64,000 bases of DNA. Origin: Syntrophomonadaceae bacterium (GTDB lineage Bacteria; Bacillota; Dethiobacteria; DTU022). This document shows, in pieces, positions 18,665-28,246 of the stretch; the stretch's first letter is position 1; each line of letters opens with the position of its first letter. Location of the stretch: the NCBI GenBank assembly GCA_003567725.1, contig PWYU01000122.1, forward strand, positions 44,201 through 108,200. Direction: 5' to 3'. Both the position numbers and the translations under genes were made by a program. The notes beneath the pieces were generated by a model. It searched no databases and was not told where the DNA came from. It saw only the letters and a list, made by a program, of their open reading frames with translations.

Positions 18665-20548
18665 GTGATAAAAGAACTTGAGGCAGCGCGAAAACAATAT
18701 CCCGATAAATTTGCTGATATGGATGATATTTTTTGCAAGGTCAGTCCGGGGGATCGTATTTATATTGCAACCGCCTGCGGCGAACCGCAGTACCTGGTGC
18801 ATAATTTCCTTGAATACGTGGAAGCAAATCCCAAGGCTTTTTTTGATACGGAAATCCTTCACGTCTGGACTTTGGGGGTTTCCCCTTATACTGATGAAAG
18901 GTTAAAAAATACTTTCCGGTCCAATTCTTTTTTTATCAGTCACAATATTCGCCAGGCAGTTAATGAAGGTCTGGCTGATTACACGCCCCTATTTTTAGCC
19001 GATATTCCTGCCTTGTTTCGCCGTCGCCAGGTAAAGGTCGATGTGGCTTTGGTTCAGGTCTCTGTGCCGGATGAACATGGTTATTGCAGCCTAGGGGTTA
19101 GCCTTGACATAACGAGAGCGGCAGTGGAAAACGCTGATCTGGTTATCGCCCAGGTTAATTCGCATATGCCCCGGGTGCACGGGGACACATTTATCCATCT
19201 TTCTAACTTTGATTATATTGTTCCGCATGATGAACCGCTCTTGGAATATAACCCCCCGCCGCCGGATAAAGAAATTGTTGAAGCTATCGGCAATTACGCC
19301 GCTCAAATTGTAGAAGATGGCGATACAATACAGGTTGGTTACGGATCCCTGCCTGACGCTATTTTATCTTGCTTTGGCGATAAACGCCATCTCGGTGTCC
19401 ATACCGAACTATTAAAAAATGGCCTGATAGATCTTGTCAAAAAGGGCGTAATCGATAATAGCATGAAAAGTAGCGATCGCGGCAAAGTGGTGGCCTCTTT
19501 CTGCATGGGAACTAAAGAAACCTATGCCTTTATTCATGATAACCCGCTTATTAAATTTAAAGAGATTGATTATACTAACAACCCTATGGTCATCGGCGGA
19601 CATGAGCATATGACGGCTATTAATACCGGTCTGGAAATTGATTTGAGCGGACAGGCCACGACTGAATCGATCGGCGATACGTTCTATAGCGGGATAGGTG
19701 GTTTGGCCAGTTTTATGCGCGGTTCTGCCATGGCGCCATATGGTAAAAATATTTTGGTCCTGCAGTCTACCTCCCGTGACGGAAAGTATTCAAGGATTGT
19801 GCCTGCATTGCAAGAGGGTGCAGGAGTAACCCTGACGCGAGGAGACCTATATTATGTAGTAACAGAGTATGGAATTGCCTTTTTGCATGGCAAAAATATC
19901 AGAGAAAGAGCGATGGCTTTAATTGCTATTGCCCATCCGAAATTTCGGCCCTGGTTGATAGAAGAAGCGAAGAAGAGGAAACTGATCTATAAAGACCAGG
20001 CCTTCATGCCGGGTGAAAAGGGTGAATATCCGGCTCATTTAGAGGCTTACCGGACTACCAAGCGTAATGTCCGGATATTCATGCGTCCGGTAAAAATCAG
20101 CGATGAAACTCTTATTAAGGATTTCTTTTACTCATTATCCGATAAAAGTATTTACCAGCGTTTTCTAACCGTCAGACGTCAGCTATCCCGTGAAGAGCTG
20201 CAAAAGCGGTTTGTTGTAATCGATTATACCCGTGAAATGGTTATCCTGGCTGTGAAAAGATATCTAGGCCAGGAAGTGATTACCGGTATCACCCAGTACT
20301 GCATGGGTGAAAATGACCTTTCAGCCGAGATTTCCATCGTGGTCCGTGACGATTTTCAAAGCAAAGGCATTGGATTTGAACTGCTTTCCTACTTGGTCAG
20401 GGTGGCAAAAAACCAGGGTTTGCATACCTTTACTGCCGATATCCTGCCCGATAATATTGCTGTTTTCAAGCTAATTGAAAAGCAAGGCCTGGAATTTGAC
20501 CGTAAATGGGATGGCGGCTTGATCCATATAAAGATTTATTTGAAATAA
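18665..20548 (+). CDS. Bifunctional acetyl-CoA hydrolase/transferase-family (4-hydroxybutyrate CoA-transferase-like) / GNAT acyltransferase fusion
   Basis: 627 aa. The first ~430 aa resemble CoA-transferase family I. The C-terminal ~190 aa form a GNAT fold (…ISIVVRDDFQSKGIGFELL…). GTG start with SD AAGGATGGTGA. Confidence 0.8.
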   Translation: MIKELEAARKQYPDKFADMDDIFCKVSPGDRIYIATACGEPQYLVHNFLEYVEANPKAFFDTEILHVWTLGVSPYTDERLKNTFRSNSFFISHNIRQAVNEGLADYTPLFLADIPALFRRRQVKVDVALVQVSVPDEHGYCSLGVSLDITRAAVENADLVIAQVNSHMPRVHGDTFIHLSNFDYIVPHDEPLLEYNPPPPDKEIVEAIGNYAAQIVEDGDTIQVGYGSLPDAILSCFGDKRHLGVHTELLKNGLIDLVKKGVIDNSMKSSDRGKVVASFCMGTKETYAFIHDNPLIKFKEIDYTNNPMVIGGHEHMTAINTGLEIDLSGQATTESIGDTFYSGIGGLASFMRGSAMAPYGKNILVLQSTSRDGKYSRIVPALQEGAGVTLTRGDLYYVVTEYGIAFLHGKNIRERAMALIAIAHPKFRPWLIEEAKKRKLIYKDQAFMPGEKGEYPAHLEAYRTTKRNVRIFMRPVKISDETLIKDFFYSLSDKSIYQRFLTVRRQLSREELQKRFVVIDYTREMVILAVKRYLGQEVITGITQYCMGENDLSAEISIVVRDDFQSKGIGFELLSYLVRVAKNQGLHTFTADILPDNIAVFKLIEKQGLEFDRKWDGGLIHIKIYLK

Positions 20549-20549
20549 G

Positions 20550-20598
20550 GGCTTAAGGCCGAAGGGAAGATGGTGGAACGGTCCCCTGTGGCTTACGG
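20550..20598 (+). repeat. Mosaic intergenic repeat, copy 5 (SD/ATG module + C module)
   Basis: gcttaaggccgaagggaagatggtggaacggtcccctgtggcttacgg. It sits between the CoA-transferase/GNAT gene and the FemAB-like gene and supplies an in-frame alternative start at 20570. Confidence 0.75.
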
Positions 20599-20608
20599 AG
20601 AATTTACT

Positions 20609-21592
20609 ATGGCTTTTGAACTTAAAGCAGAAACTATTTCTACTTTACAACAATATTATAAAAAAGAGGAGCTCGATCTGAACTGGCCCCATGTTTTTGT
20701 TCTGCCTGTCTGGCTGCAATCCTGGTGGGAAGCCTTTGGGCAGGAATATCGCTTATGGCTGCGCTCTATCTGGCAAGAGGGAGCCTTAATTGGCCTTGCT
20801 CCCTTGATGGTTAAAGGAGGGGAAGCACGCCTCATTGGCAGCGCCGATGTTTGTGATTACCTCGATTTCATCACCATTCCCGGCAGGGAAAAAGCTTTTT
20901 TCCAGGCTCTTGTACCAGCTTTGCAAAAAGCAGGTTTCAAAAACTTAATTTTAGAAGCTCAGCGCCCTGAAGCGGTTTTTTTTAAGGCTCTGGCAGAGAT
21001 TGAACATCACTCTTCTATACCGGCTAAAATTGATTTTATCCGGGAAAATGAAGCCTTTGAAGTTGCCCTCCCTCACACCTGGGAAGATTACCTGGCCCTG
21101 TTAAGCAAAAAACAACGTCACGAAGTAAAACGTAAACTTCGCCGCCTGGACAGGGAAGCACCGCATTACGGTTACCAGGTAATAGCAGAATCAGAAGAGG
21201 TGCAGAAATTTGTTCCCACATTTTTAACCCTTTTACAGGAACACCCGGATAAGGCCGAGTTTTTAACCCCGCAAATGGAACATTATTTCAAAGGCTTGAT
21301 CGATAATATGTCCCAGGCAGGCCTGGCCCGGTTCGGCCTGTTTAAAATTGATGGATTTAATGCCGCCGCTGTGCTGTACTTTGATTATGGGGGGCGGATC
21401 TATCTTTTCAACAGCGGCTACATTACCCGGTACCGACCCCTGAGCGCTGGTCTTATTTCCAAGCTGCTATTAATAAATGAGGCCATTTCCCAGGGTCGGC
21501 AGGTATACGACTTTTTAAAGGGGCGGGAAGTATATAAAAGCCGCCTGGGGGGAACGGGTATTCCTATTTTCAAAGTTGAACTTCAATTTTAA
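20609..21592 (+). CDS. GNAT-fold FemAB/BioF2-like (PF13480-type) acyl- or aminoacyl-transferase
   Basis: ~327 aa from MAFELKA. The C-terminal signature …YDFLKGREVYKSRLGG is typical of CelD/FemAB-related GNATs. The track start at 20570 lies inside the repeat copy, so I prefer the ATG at 20609. Confidence 0.68.
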   Translation: MAFELKAETISTLQQYYKKEELDLNWPHVFVLPVWLQSWWEAFGQEYRLWLRSIWQEGALIGLAPLMVKGGEARLIGSADVCDYLDFITIPGREKAFFQALVPALQKAGFKNLILEAQRPEAVFFKALAEIEHHSSIPAKIDFIRENEAFEVALPHTWEDYLALLSKKQRHEVKRKLRRLDREAPHYGYQVIAESEEVQKFVPTFLTLLQEHPDKAEFLTPQMEHYFKGLIDNMSQAGLARFGLFKIDGFNAAAVLYFDYGGRIYLFNSGYITRYRPLSAGLISKLLLINEAISQGRQVYDFLKGREVYKSRLGGTGIPIFKVELQF

Positions 21593-21630
21593 AGGTCTTT
21601 ACCCTAAATAAATGAGGTGGCTGTCAGAAC

Positions 21631-22827
21631 ATGCGCCTGGCGATTTTAAGTATTCACAGCTCTCCAATGGGCCGGGCCGGCTCCAAAGATACCGGTGGCA
21701 TGAGTACATACCTGCGCAGTCTGTCATCAGCCCTGGGCAGAAAGGGGCACCAGGTTGATCTTTACACCCGCAGGCCTAACTCCGGAAGAGAAAGGGTAGA
21801 AAACTTAGAAGCGAATGTGCGCCTTATTTATCCAGGCGACGGACTTGCTGAACTGGATAAAAACCACTTATTCTCCCATTGCCCTGCTGTGGCCGATAGC
21901 ATCGATCGCTTTAGCCGCCTTGAAAAAATCAATTATGATTTTATTTATAGCCATTACTGGTTATCTGGAATTTCCGGCCGCCTTCTTAAAAAGCGCTGGA
22001 ATAAACCTCACCTGATCATGTTTCACACTCTGGCCCGGGCTAAGAATGAATTATGTCCCGGTGAAAAAGAACCTCAGCTGCGTTTGGAAACCGAGGCGGA
22101 ATTGGCCCGGGATTGTGACCTGGTAGTAACTGCAGCTGAATCTGAAAAGAGACGGATCCTTAATTATTATAATCTTTCTATAAAAAAAACTGCGCTTATT
22201 CCCTGTGGTATAGAGCGCTCCGTATTTCACCCAATTAATGAAAAATGCCGCCTGGATTCAAAACTGCATAAGGGCGCGCAGGCTTCCGGAAAAACTATTT
22301 TAGCTGTAGGGCGAATTGAACCTGTAAAAGGCTTTGAACTTTTAATTGAAGCGGTTTCTTTACTACCTTCTGAAGATGATTTTAAGGTTGTGATCATCGG
22401 TGGAGAAGGAAGCGGCAGGGCCCCCTTAGCTGCCCTAAAAGACAAGGTTTTTGATCTTGGTTTAAGTGACCGGGTATTTTTCACCGGAGTAGTTGAGCAC
22501 AGCTGTCTGCCTTTTTATTATAACGCCGCCGACATCACCGTAATCCCCTCCTATTATGAAAGCTTTGGACTGGTGGCCCTGGAATCTATTGCCTGCGGCA
22601 CACCGGTGATCGCATCCCCGGTCGGAGGAGTACCGGAACTGGTTGGCCAAAACAACGCTTTCGGTTGCCTGGTAAAGGGACGTGATCCGGTTAGCTGGGC
22701 TGCTGCTATTCGCAAACTGTACACTAAAAGCAAGCCAATTCCGCACACCGCTCTTGAAACCGGCCTTACCCCGTACAGCTGGCCTGACGCAGCCGAAAAG
22801 CTGGAACTGGCTTTAAGCTCCCTTTAA
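21631..22827 (+). CDS. GT4 family glycosyltransferase, MshA-like (D-inositol-3-phosphate glycosyltransferase-type N-terminus)
   Basis: 398 aa. The N-terminus LSIHSSPMGRAGSKDTGGMSTY has the MshA-type HSSP/GGM signature that binds inositol phosphate. HSHYWLSG and a C-terminal E-x7-E-like region are also present. SD GAGGTGG. Confidence 0.78.
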   Translation: MRLAILSIHSSPMGRAGSKDTGGMSTYLRSLSSALGRKGHQVDLYTRRPNSGRERVENLEANVRLIYPGDGLAELDKNHLFSHCPAVADSIDRFSRLEKINYDFIYSHYWLSGISGRLLKKRWNKPHLIMFHTLARAKNELCPGEKEPQLRLETEAELARDCDLVVTAAESEKRRILNYYNLSIKKTALIPCGIERSVFHPINEKCRLDSKLHKGAQASGKTILAVGRIEPVKGFELLIEAVSLLPSEDDFKVVIIGGEGSGRAPLAALKDKVFDLGLSDRVFFTGVVEHSCLPFYYNAADITVIPSYYESFGLVALESIACGTPVIASPVGGVPELVGQNNAFGCLVKGRDPVSWAAAIRKLYTKSKPIPHTALETGLTPYSWPDAAEKLELALSSL

Positions 22828-22897
22828 GACATGAAAAATAGATTATGTTATAATGAGAACTGATTATTAAATCATTACAGGTTAGGATGAATTAAAA

Positions 22898-23704
22898 ATG
22901 GATTTGCAAATAATTCAAGACGCCTTGATCAGGTTCGGAACCCAAATTTTACTGGCTTTAATTGTTCTAATAATCGGTCTAAAGATCATCAATTTAATAG
23001 TTAGAGCAATATCCAAACGAATGGTCAAAGCGCACATGGATCCCTCGCCGCAGCCTTTTATAGCTTCACTGCTGCGGGTAACCCTGCAGATCCTCCTATT
23101 TATTTCTGTAGCTTCTATGATCGGCGTAGAAATGACTTCATTCATTGTCGTCATCGGAGCGATGGCTTTTGCCGTAGGCCTGGCCCTGCAGGGGAGCTTG
23201 GCCAACTTTGCGGGCGGAGTTTTAATTTTACTGCTCAAACCTTTTAAAGTGGGAGATTATATCCAGTCTGCCGGCCATGCCGGAACAATCAAAGAGATTC
23301 AGATCTTTTATACCCTGCTTGACACCCCTGATAACACCCGGGTGATAGTGCCCAATGCCTTATTATCAAACAGCAGTGCTATCAATTACAGCAAAAACCC
23401 GGTGCGCAGGCTTGATCTTACTTTCGGGGTCGGTTATGAGGCCAGTATTGACCAGGTCAGGGGTATTCTGCTGGATCTGGCTGACCGGCATGAGTTGATT
23501 TTTGATGATCCGCCACCCCAGGTTTTATTGGGAGAGCACGGAGATAACGCTGTTTTATTTTACCTGAGGATGTGGTGTAATGCTGGAGATTACTGGCCCC
23601 TTTACTTCGAATTTATGGAAACAGTTAAAAAAGCATTTGATGAAGCTGGCATCAATATCCCCTATCCACAGAAGGATGTTCATCTTATAAAAAACGAGGG
23701 GTAA
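22898..23704 (+). CDS. mscS: Small-conductance mechanosensitive channel, MscS family
   Basis: 268 aa with three TM helices then the MscS beta-domain (…GDYIQSAGHAGTIKEIQIFYT…). SD AGGATGA. Confidence 0.85.
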   Translation: MDLQIIQDALIRFGTQILLALIVLIIGLKIINLIVRAISKRMVKAHMDPSPQPFIASLLRVTLQILLFISVASMIGVEMTSFIVVIGAMAFAVGLALQGSLANFAGGVLILLLKPFKVGDYIQSAGHAGTIKEIQIFYTLLDTPDNTRVIVPNALLSNSSAINYSKNPVRRLDLTFGVGYEASIDQVRGILLDLADRHELIFDDPPPQVLLGEHGDNAVLFYLRMWCNAGDYWPLYFEFMETVKKAFDEAGINIPYPQKDVHLIKNEG

Positions 23705-23978
23705 ATAAGCTGCCTTGAAAGATTGCTACTGTAATTTTGCTACCTGGTGGCTGGATTTAAAAGACCTAACCTGGACGAGCCAGTTCTATAATAGTTGGTT
23801 TTAAAAATGAGTCCTTATACCCAGTGTATATTGGTGTTTTGGGAATGCTAAAAAAATGGTCTTACCAAATTTGTGCAGAAATTTAGTGTTAAGGGACTAA
23901 AGCAAATTTTGAAAAAATGACAGTAAGAACAGCTACTAAGCAATTTTATACAAGCACCCATAAAAGGCGGTTACAGAT

Positions 23979-24695
23979 ATGGAACAAAACAAAGCTATAG
24001 AAGCGGTAAAAGCAGATGTAATGGTGATTAGCCCCCCCCCCGACGATTCAGAGTTTGGAGTGGCCGGATCGGTGGCCCGCTGGGTCAACGAAGGCAAGGT
24101 AGTGGTCTATGTAATATGTACCAATGGCGAAAAAGGGACCAGTGATCCCGAGATCAACCCTGAAGCTTTGAAAGAAACCCGGCAAAAAGAACAAAAAGCA
24201 GCAGCCGAACTGCTCGGCGTGCGAGAAGTAATCTTTCTCGGTTACGAAGATCAGGGCTTGGAAGACACTCCTGAATTTCGCAAAGATCTCGTACGCTGGA
24301 TCCGTCACTTCAAACCGGACACCCTTGTTACCGCCGATCCCTACCGCCGCTATATCTGGCACCGTGATCATCGCATTGCCGGGCAAGTAGTCATGGACGC
24401 CGCCTTTCCCTATGCCCGGGACCATCTGGCCTATCCTGACCTTCTGGAAGAAGGGTTAAAACCTCATAAGGTCAAAGAAATTCTCACCTGGGCCAGTGAA
24501 GATCCCAACTATTATTCTGATATTACAGCAACTTTTGAAATCAAACTGGCGGCCCTGCGCTGTCACGATAGCCAGGTAGGCGCACATCACTTTCCTTCCC
24601 TTGAACAGTGGTTGCGAAAAAGGGCCGAAGACGCTGCCCGGGAGCAGGATTTTCTGCTGGCTGAAGCTTTTCACCGGGCTGAATTCTTCTGGTAG
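23979..24695 (+). CDS. PIG-L/LmbE family N-acetylglucosaminyl deacetylase (MshB/BshB-like); the conserved His of the HPDDE motif reads Pro inside a 10-C homopolymer
   Basis: 238 aa with the PIG-L fold. The motif reads VISPPPDDSE where the family has (A/P)HPDD(E). The run cccccccccc at 24032-24041 encodes the PPP. Confidence 0.78.
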   Translation: MEQNKAIEAVKADVMVISPPPDDSEFGVAGSVARWVNEGKVVVYVICTNGEKGTSDPEINPEALKETRQKEQKAAAELLGVREVIFLGYEDQGLEDTPEFRKDLVRWIRHFKPDTLVTADPYRRYIWHRDHRIAGQVVMDAAFPYARDHLAYPDLLEEGLKPHKVKEILTWASEDPNYYSDITATFEIKLAALRCHDSQVGAHHFPSLEQWLRKRAEDAAREQDFLLAEAFHRAEFFW

Positions 24696-24710
24696 AGTCA
24701 GCGGTTTTTT

Positions 24711-25373
24711 CTAAGTACTGCTCCTTAACCAGCTGACATCTCCACTCAGTTCAAAATCTTTTCTGGCGCTTTTGAATGCTTTAAACAATTCTCTTTCGGT
24801 TTTTAAGATGGTTTTTTCACCGTGTCCGGGCAGGATTACTGTCTCATCGGGCAGGATCATGATTTTTTCCTCTATTGAAGCCATAATTTGCTTAAAAGCT
24901 CCAGTTGAAGCAGTTTTGCCCGGCCCGCCCGGAAAGATGGTGTCTCCGGCAAGGAGATAGTCATCAACTTTAAAACAAAGGCTGCCGGGAGTATGTCCGG
25001 GAGTGTGCAGGACTTCCAGCTCAACGCTGCCACATTTGATTTGCTCGCCACCCTTTAAAAGCTGGTCGGCTTTTACCGGCAATTTTTCAGCATCGGCATT
25101 GTGCACGGCTAAAATTGCTTTCCAGTCATTATGGAGCGTTTTTAGATCGGTAACATGATCCATGTGTCCATGAGTCATGAGGATATATTTAACCCTGGTA
25201 TTTATAAGGCGTTCTTTGATTATTTCAGCGCTGCCTGGAGCATCAATTAATATGCTTTCGTTATTCTGCAGACAAATAATCATATAGGCATTGGTTCCAA
25301 ATGGTTTTGTTTCCAAACGCAGCAATGCTTTTTGATCGTCTTTCTTTATTTCTTGAATCCTGCTGGTCATCAC
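24711..25373 (-). CDS. MBL-fold metallo-hydrolase (glyoxalase II / hydroxyacyl-thiol hydrolase-like)
   Basis: 220 aa with THGHMDHV (HxHxDH) and downstream His/Asp ligands. Confidence 0.8.
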   Translation of the reverse strand: MMTSRIQEIKKDDQKALLRLETKPFGTNAYMIICLQNNESILIDAPGSAEIIKERLINTRVKYILMTHGHMDHVTDLKTLHNDWKAILAVHNADAEKLPVKADQLLKGGEQIKCGSVELEVLHTPGHTPGSLCFKVDDYLLAGDTIFPGGPGKTASTGAFKQIMASIEEKIMILPDETVILPGHGEKTILKTERELFKAFKSARKDFELSGDVSWLRSST

Positions 25374-25707
25374 GGTATCTCTCCCTTATAATAAATTTGT
25401 TTTGTTTTCCCTATACCTTAACTCTCTATCAGATCAAGACTCTAACATTATTATAACAGCCTTAACAACGCTTTACTTAAAAGTTTCTTCAGTGTTTATG
25501 AAGAATAATGATCTTGCCCCGTCAGCTGAACCGCTTAAAAAGAAATTTCACCGGGTCAGTTAGAGCTGCTGACGATTAACTGTAAATATTATCAATTTGC
25601 CTTCGGTTTATTAAGCTTGCAGCAGTTTTATTTCAGCCTATACTATTTCTTCTATCGCGTTATATTTTGCAGGACATTCTCCTTCGAAAACAGAAGTTAC
25701 CTTTGCT

Positions 25708-26979
25708 GTGCTTTTTAAATCGAAGGAAGTGCGATCGTTGAAGCAGTTAAAACAATTAAATCAGAACGGGCTCTTTACATTATTAATTGTTTTATCTGTC
25801 CCCTATCTTGCTTTAAGCCTTAACCAGCATGGTTTTATGGCCCTGCTGCCATTTATCCGGGAAGAATTTATACTGTCCAGGACCCAGGTGGGCCTTTATG
25901 CTACTTTTTATTTTTTAAGCTCTGCCTTGCTGGCGGTTTCCACTGGCAGCATTGTTGACAGGTTAGGCCCGAGAAAAGGTATACTGCTTGGCATCGGCTT
26001 TATGGGATCGGTATTTTTTTTGTACGGCTTTGCCCCTTCTTATGAAATATTACTGGGTTTGGCTTTTCTGGCAGGGCTCGGTTGGAGTATTATCACGCCT
26101 TCTGTTAATAAAGCCGTTTTGATGAATGCACCTGCCGACAAGCGGGCGGTTTCCATGGGTATTATGCAGTCCGGTGTAGGTATTGGCGGCCTAATGGGGG
26201 CCAGTCTTCTGCCGGTAATCAGTGTAGCTTTAGGTTGGCGCCCGGCAATTCAGATGGCGGCCGGCTTTTCCATAATCGTCTGGTTCCTGGTGCTTACCTT
26301 TTACCGTGAAAAAAAAGCTGGCATTGCTCAGGAAAAACCGGCAGCAAAAAACGGTAACCCTGGTTTTGTGCAAAGTTTAATTGACCTGACAAGGAATAAA
26401 GCCCTTCTCAATATATGTATACTCGGCCTGATGTTTGGAGTTGCCTGTGGGGCTGTAATTTCGCATTTTGTGGTTTATTTATCTGAAGATTTAAGTGTTA
26501 GCCGGGCTGTAGCCGGCCTGGGATTGGGATCATTTCAGATAGGAGGTATTGTAGGCAGGCCAATATGGGGGGTTATTTCCGATCGCTTTTTTAAAGGAAA
26601 GAGGGGAAAAGCCCTGATGGTATTAGGAATAGCAATTGGTATAAAATTTATAATAAGCGGGTTGTTATCTTTTGCTCCCCCGATCAGTACATATTTTGTA
26701 GTTATATTTGCTTTCATTTTAGGTTTTTCTGCCTTTGGTTGGCCGGGGGTGCACTTTGTTTCAATCGCAGAAAATGCCGGCGAAGATCAGGTGGGGATGG
26801 CCACCGGTTTATCGCTGCTATTCTTAAGAGCCGGATTGTTGGCCGGCCCACCGATATTTGGCTATCTGGCAGATATCCAGGAAAGCTATATCTTAAGCTG
26901 GATTAGCTTTGGAGCTATCATCACCTTACTTTATGTAACAGGGTTGCTAAAATCCAGCAAAGAGGCTGCTAAGCCTTGA
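25708..26979 (+). CDS. MFS transporter
   Basis: 423 aa with ~12 TM segments. GTG start at 25708, but a TTG at 25738 has the better SD (GAAGGAAG). Confidence 0.8.
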   Translation: MLFKSKEVRSLKQLKQLNQNGLFTLLIVLSVPYLALSLNQHGFMALLPFIREEFILSRTQVGLYATFYFLSSALLAVSTGSIVDRLGPRKGILLGIGFMGSVFFLYGFAPSYEILLGLAFLAGLGWSIITPSVNKAVLMNAPADKRAVSMGIMQSGVGIGGLMGASLLPVISVALGWRPAIQMAAGFSIIVWFLVLTFYREKKAGIAQEKPAAKNGNPGFVQSLIDLTRNKALLNICILGLMFGVACGAVISHFVVYLSEDLSVSRAVAGLGLGSFQIGGIVGRPIWGVISDRFFKGKRGKALMVLGIAIGIKFIISGLLSFAPPISTYFVVIFAFILGFSAFGWPGVHFVSIAENAGEDQVGMATGLSLLFLRAGLLAGPPIFGYLADIQESYILSWISFGAIITLLYVTGLLKSSKEAAKP

Positions 26980-27125
26980 TAACAAAGACTGGCGTTTTAT
27001 GGCTAATAGAAATTTCAATGAAAGTTAAGTGATCAGGTTTCCCTAAATATAGATAATCGGGTATAATAATTTTTGGGAATAATTCATAACCGACCATCAT
27101 TATAACAGGAAGAGGGATCTAGTAA

Positions 27126-28223
27126 ATGTCAAAGATTAAAGTTGCCATTGTTGGTGCTGGTAATTGCGCCAGCTCGTTAATCCAGGGGATTCATTATTAT
27201 AAAGATTTAAAAGAAGATGAAGCCATAGGGCTTCTGCACTGGAATGTAGGTGGATACCGGCCTTATGATATTGAGATCAGCGCAGCTTTTGATATTGATA
27301 AACGCAAAGTAGGTATGGATATAAACCAGGCGATTTTCGCACCCCCGAACTGCACCGTTAAATTAGCTCCCAACTTGCCTCCGGGTGGCCCAATCGTCCA
27401 CATGGGGCGGATTTTAGATGGTTTTTCTGAACATATGCTTGATTATGAAGATCAATATACTTTTATCAAAAGCAGCGCTCCTGAGCCGGTAAAAGAAGAT
27501 GTGGTTAAGGTTTTACGAGACTCGGGCACAGAGATCATGCTAAATTATCTGCCGGCCGGATCAGAGCAAGCTGCTCGCTTTTATGCTGAATGTGCTCTTG
27601 AAGCAGAAGTTGGGTTTGTAAATAATATTCCAGTTTTTATTGCCAGTGACCCGCAGTGGGCGGCTCGCTTTGCTGAAAAAAATGTGCCTATTATCGGTGA
27701 TGATATTAAATCGCAGATGGGGGCGACTATACTACACCGTGCCCTGGCTGATTTATTCAAAAATCGTGGAGTGAAGCTTGAACGTTCATACCAGCTCAAT
27801 ACCGGCGGCAACACCGATTTTCTGAATATGACAAACCAGAACCGTCTGGCCACCAAGCGTATTTCAAAAACGGAAGCGGTTCAGTCTGCTGCGGCCAAAA
27901 GGCTGCCCGATCGAGATATCCATATTGGCCCCAGCGATTACGTATCCTGGCAAAAAGATAATAAGGTCTGCTTTTTACGCATGGAAGGGCAGATATTCGG
28001 TAATGTGCCCATTAACCTGGAAATGCGTTTAAGCGTGGAAGATTCGCCCAACTCAGCCGGTATTGCCATCGATACTGTGCGTTGTTGCAAGCTTGCTCAA
28101 GATAGAAAGCAAGGGGGAGTTCTTGAAGGGCCATCTGCATATTTTTCAAAGCATCCTCCCCGGCAGTATCCGGACTACGAAGCTTACCGGCTCACAGAAG
28201 AATTTATCTGGGGCAAGTCATAA
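27126..28223 (+). CDS. ino1: myo-Inositol-1-phosphate synthase (bacterial/archaeal short form)
   Basis: 365 aa. The NAD-binding site KVAIVGAGNCASSLIQGI is present, and SYQLNTGGNTDF is characteristic of MIPS. Confidence 0.88.
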   Translation: MSKIKVAIVGAGNCASSLIQGIHYYKDLKEDEAIGLLHWNVGGYRPYDIEISAAFDIDKRKVGMDINQAIFAPPNCTVKLAPNLPPGGPIVHMGRILDGFSEHMLDYEDQYTFIKSSAPEPVKEDVVKVLRDSGTEIMLNYLPAGSEQAARFYAECALEAEVGFVNNIPVFIASDPQWAARFAEKNVPIIGDDIKSQMGATILHRALADLFKNRGVKLERSYQLNTGGNTDFLNMTNQNRLATKRISKTEAVQSAAAKRLPDRDIHIGPSDYVSWQKDNKVCFLRMEGQIFGNVPINLEMRLSVEDSPNSAGIAIDTVRCCKLAQDRKQGGVLEGPSAYFSKHPPRQYPDYEAYRLTEEFIWGKS

Positions 28224-28246
28224 TCCTTAGAAGGAGCGCTGGTCTA

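Noticed and set aside
20570-20608. Track start of the FemAB-like GNAT at 20570 (MVERSPVAYGEFT…).
   Set aside because: The first 13 codons are the mosaic-repeat module itself (atggtggaacggtcccctgtggc). I prefer the ATG at 20609 (MAFELKA). The upstream start cannot be excluded.
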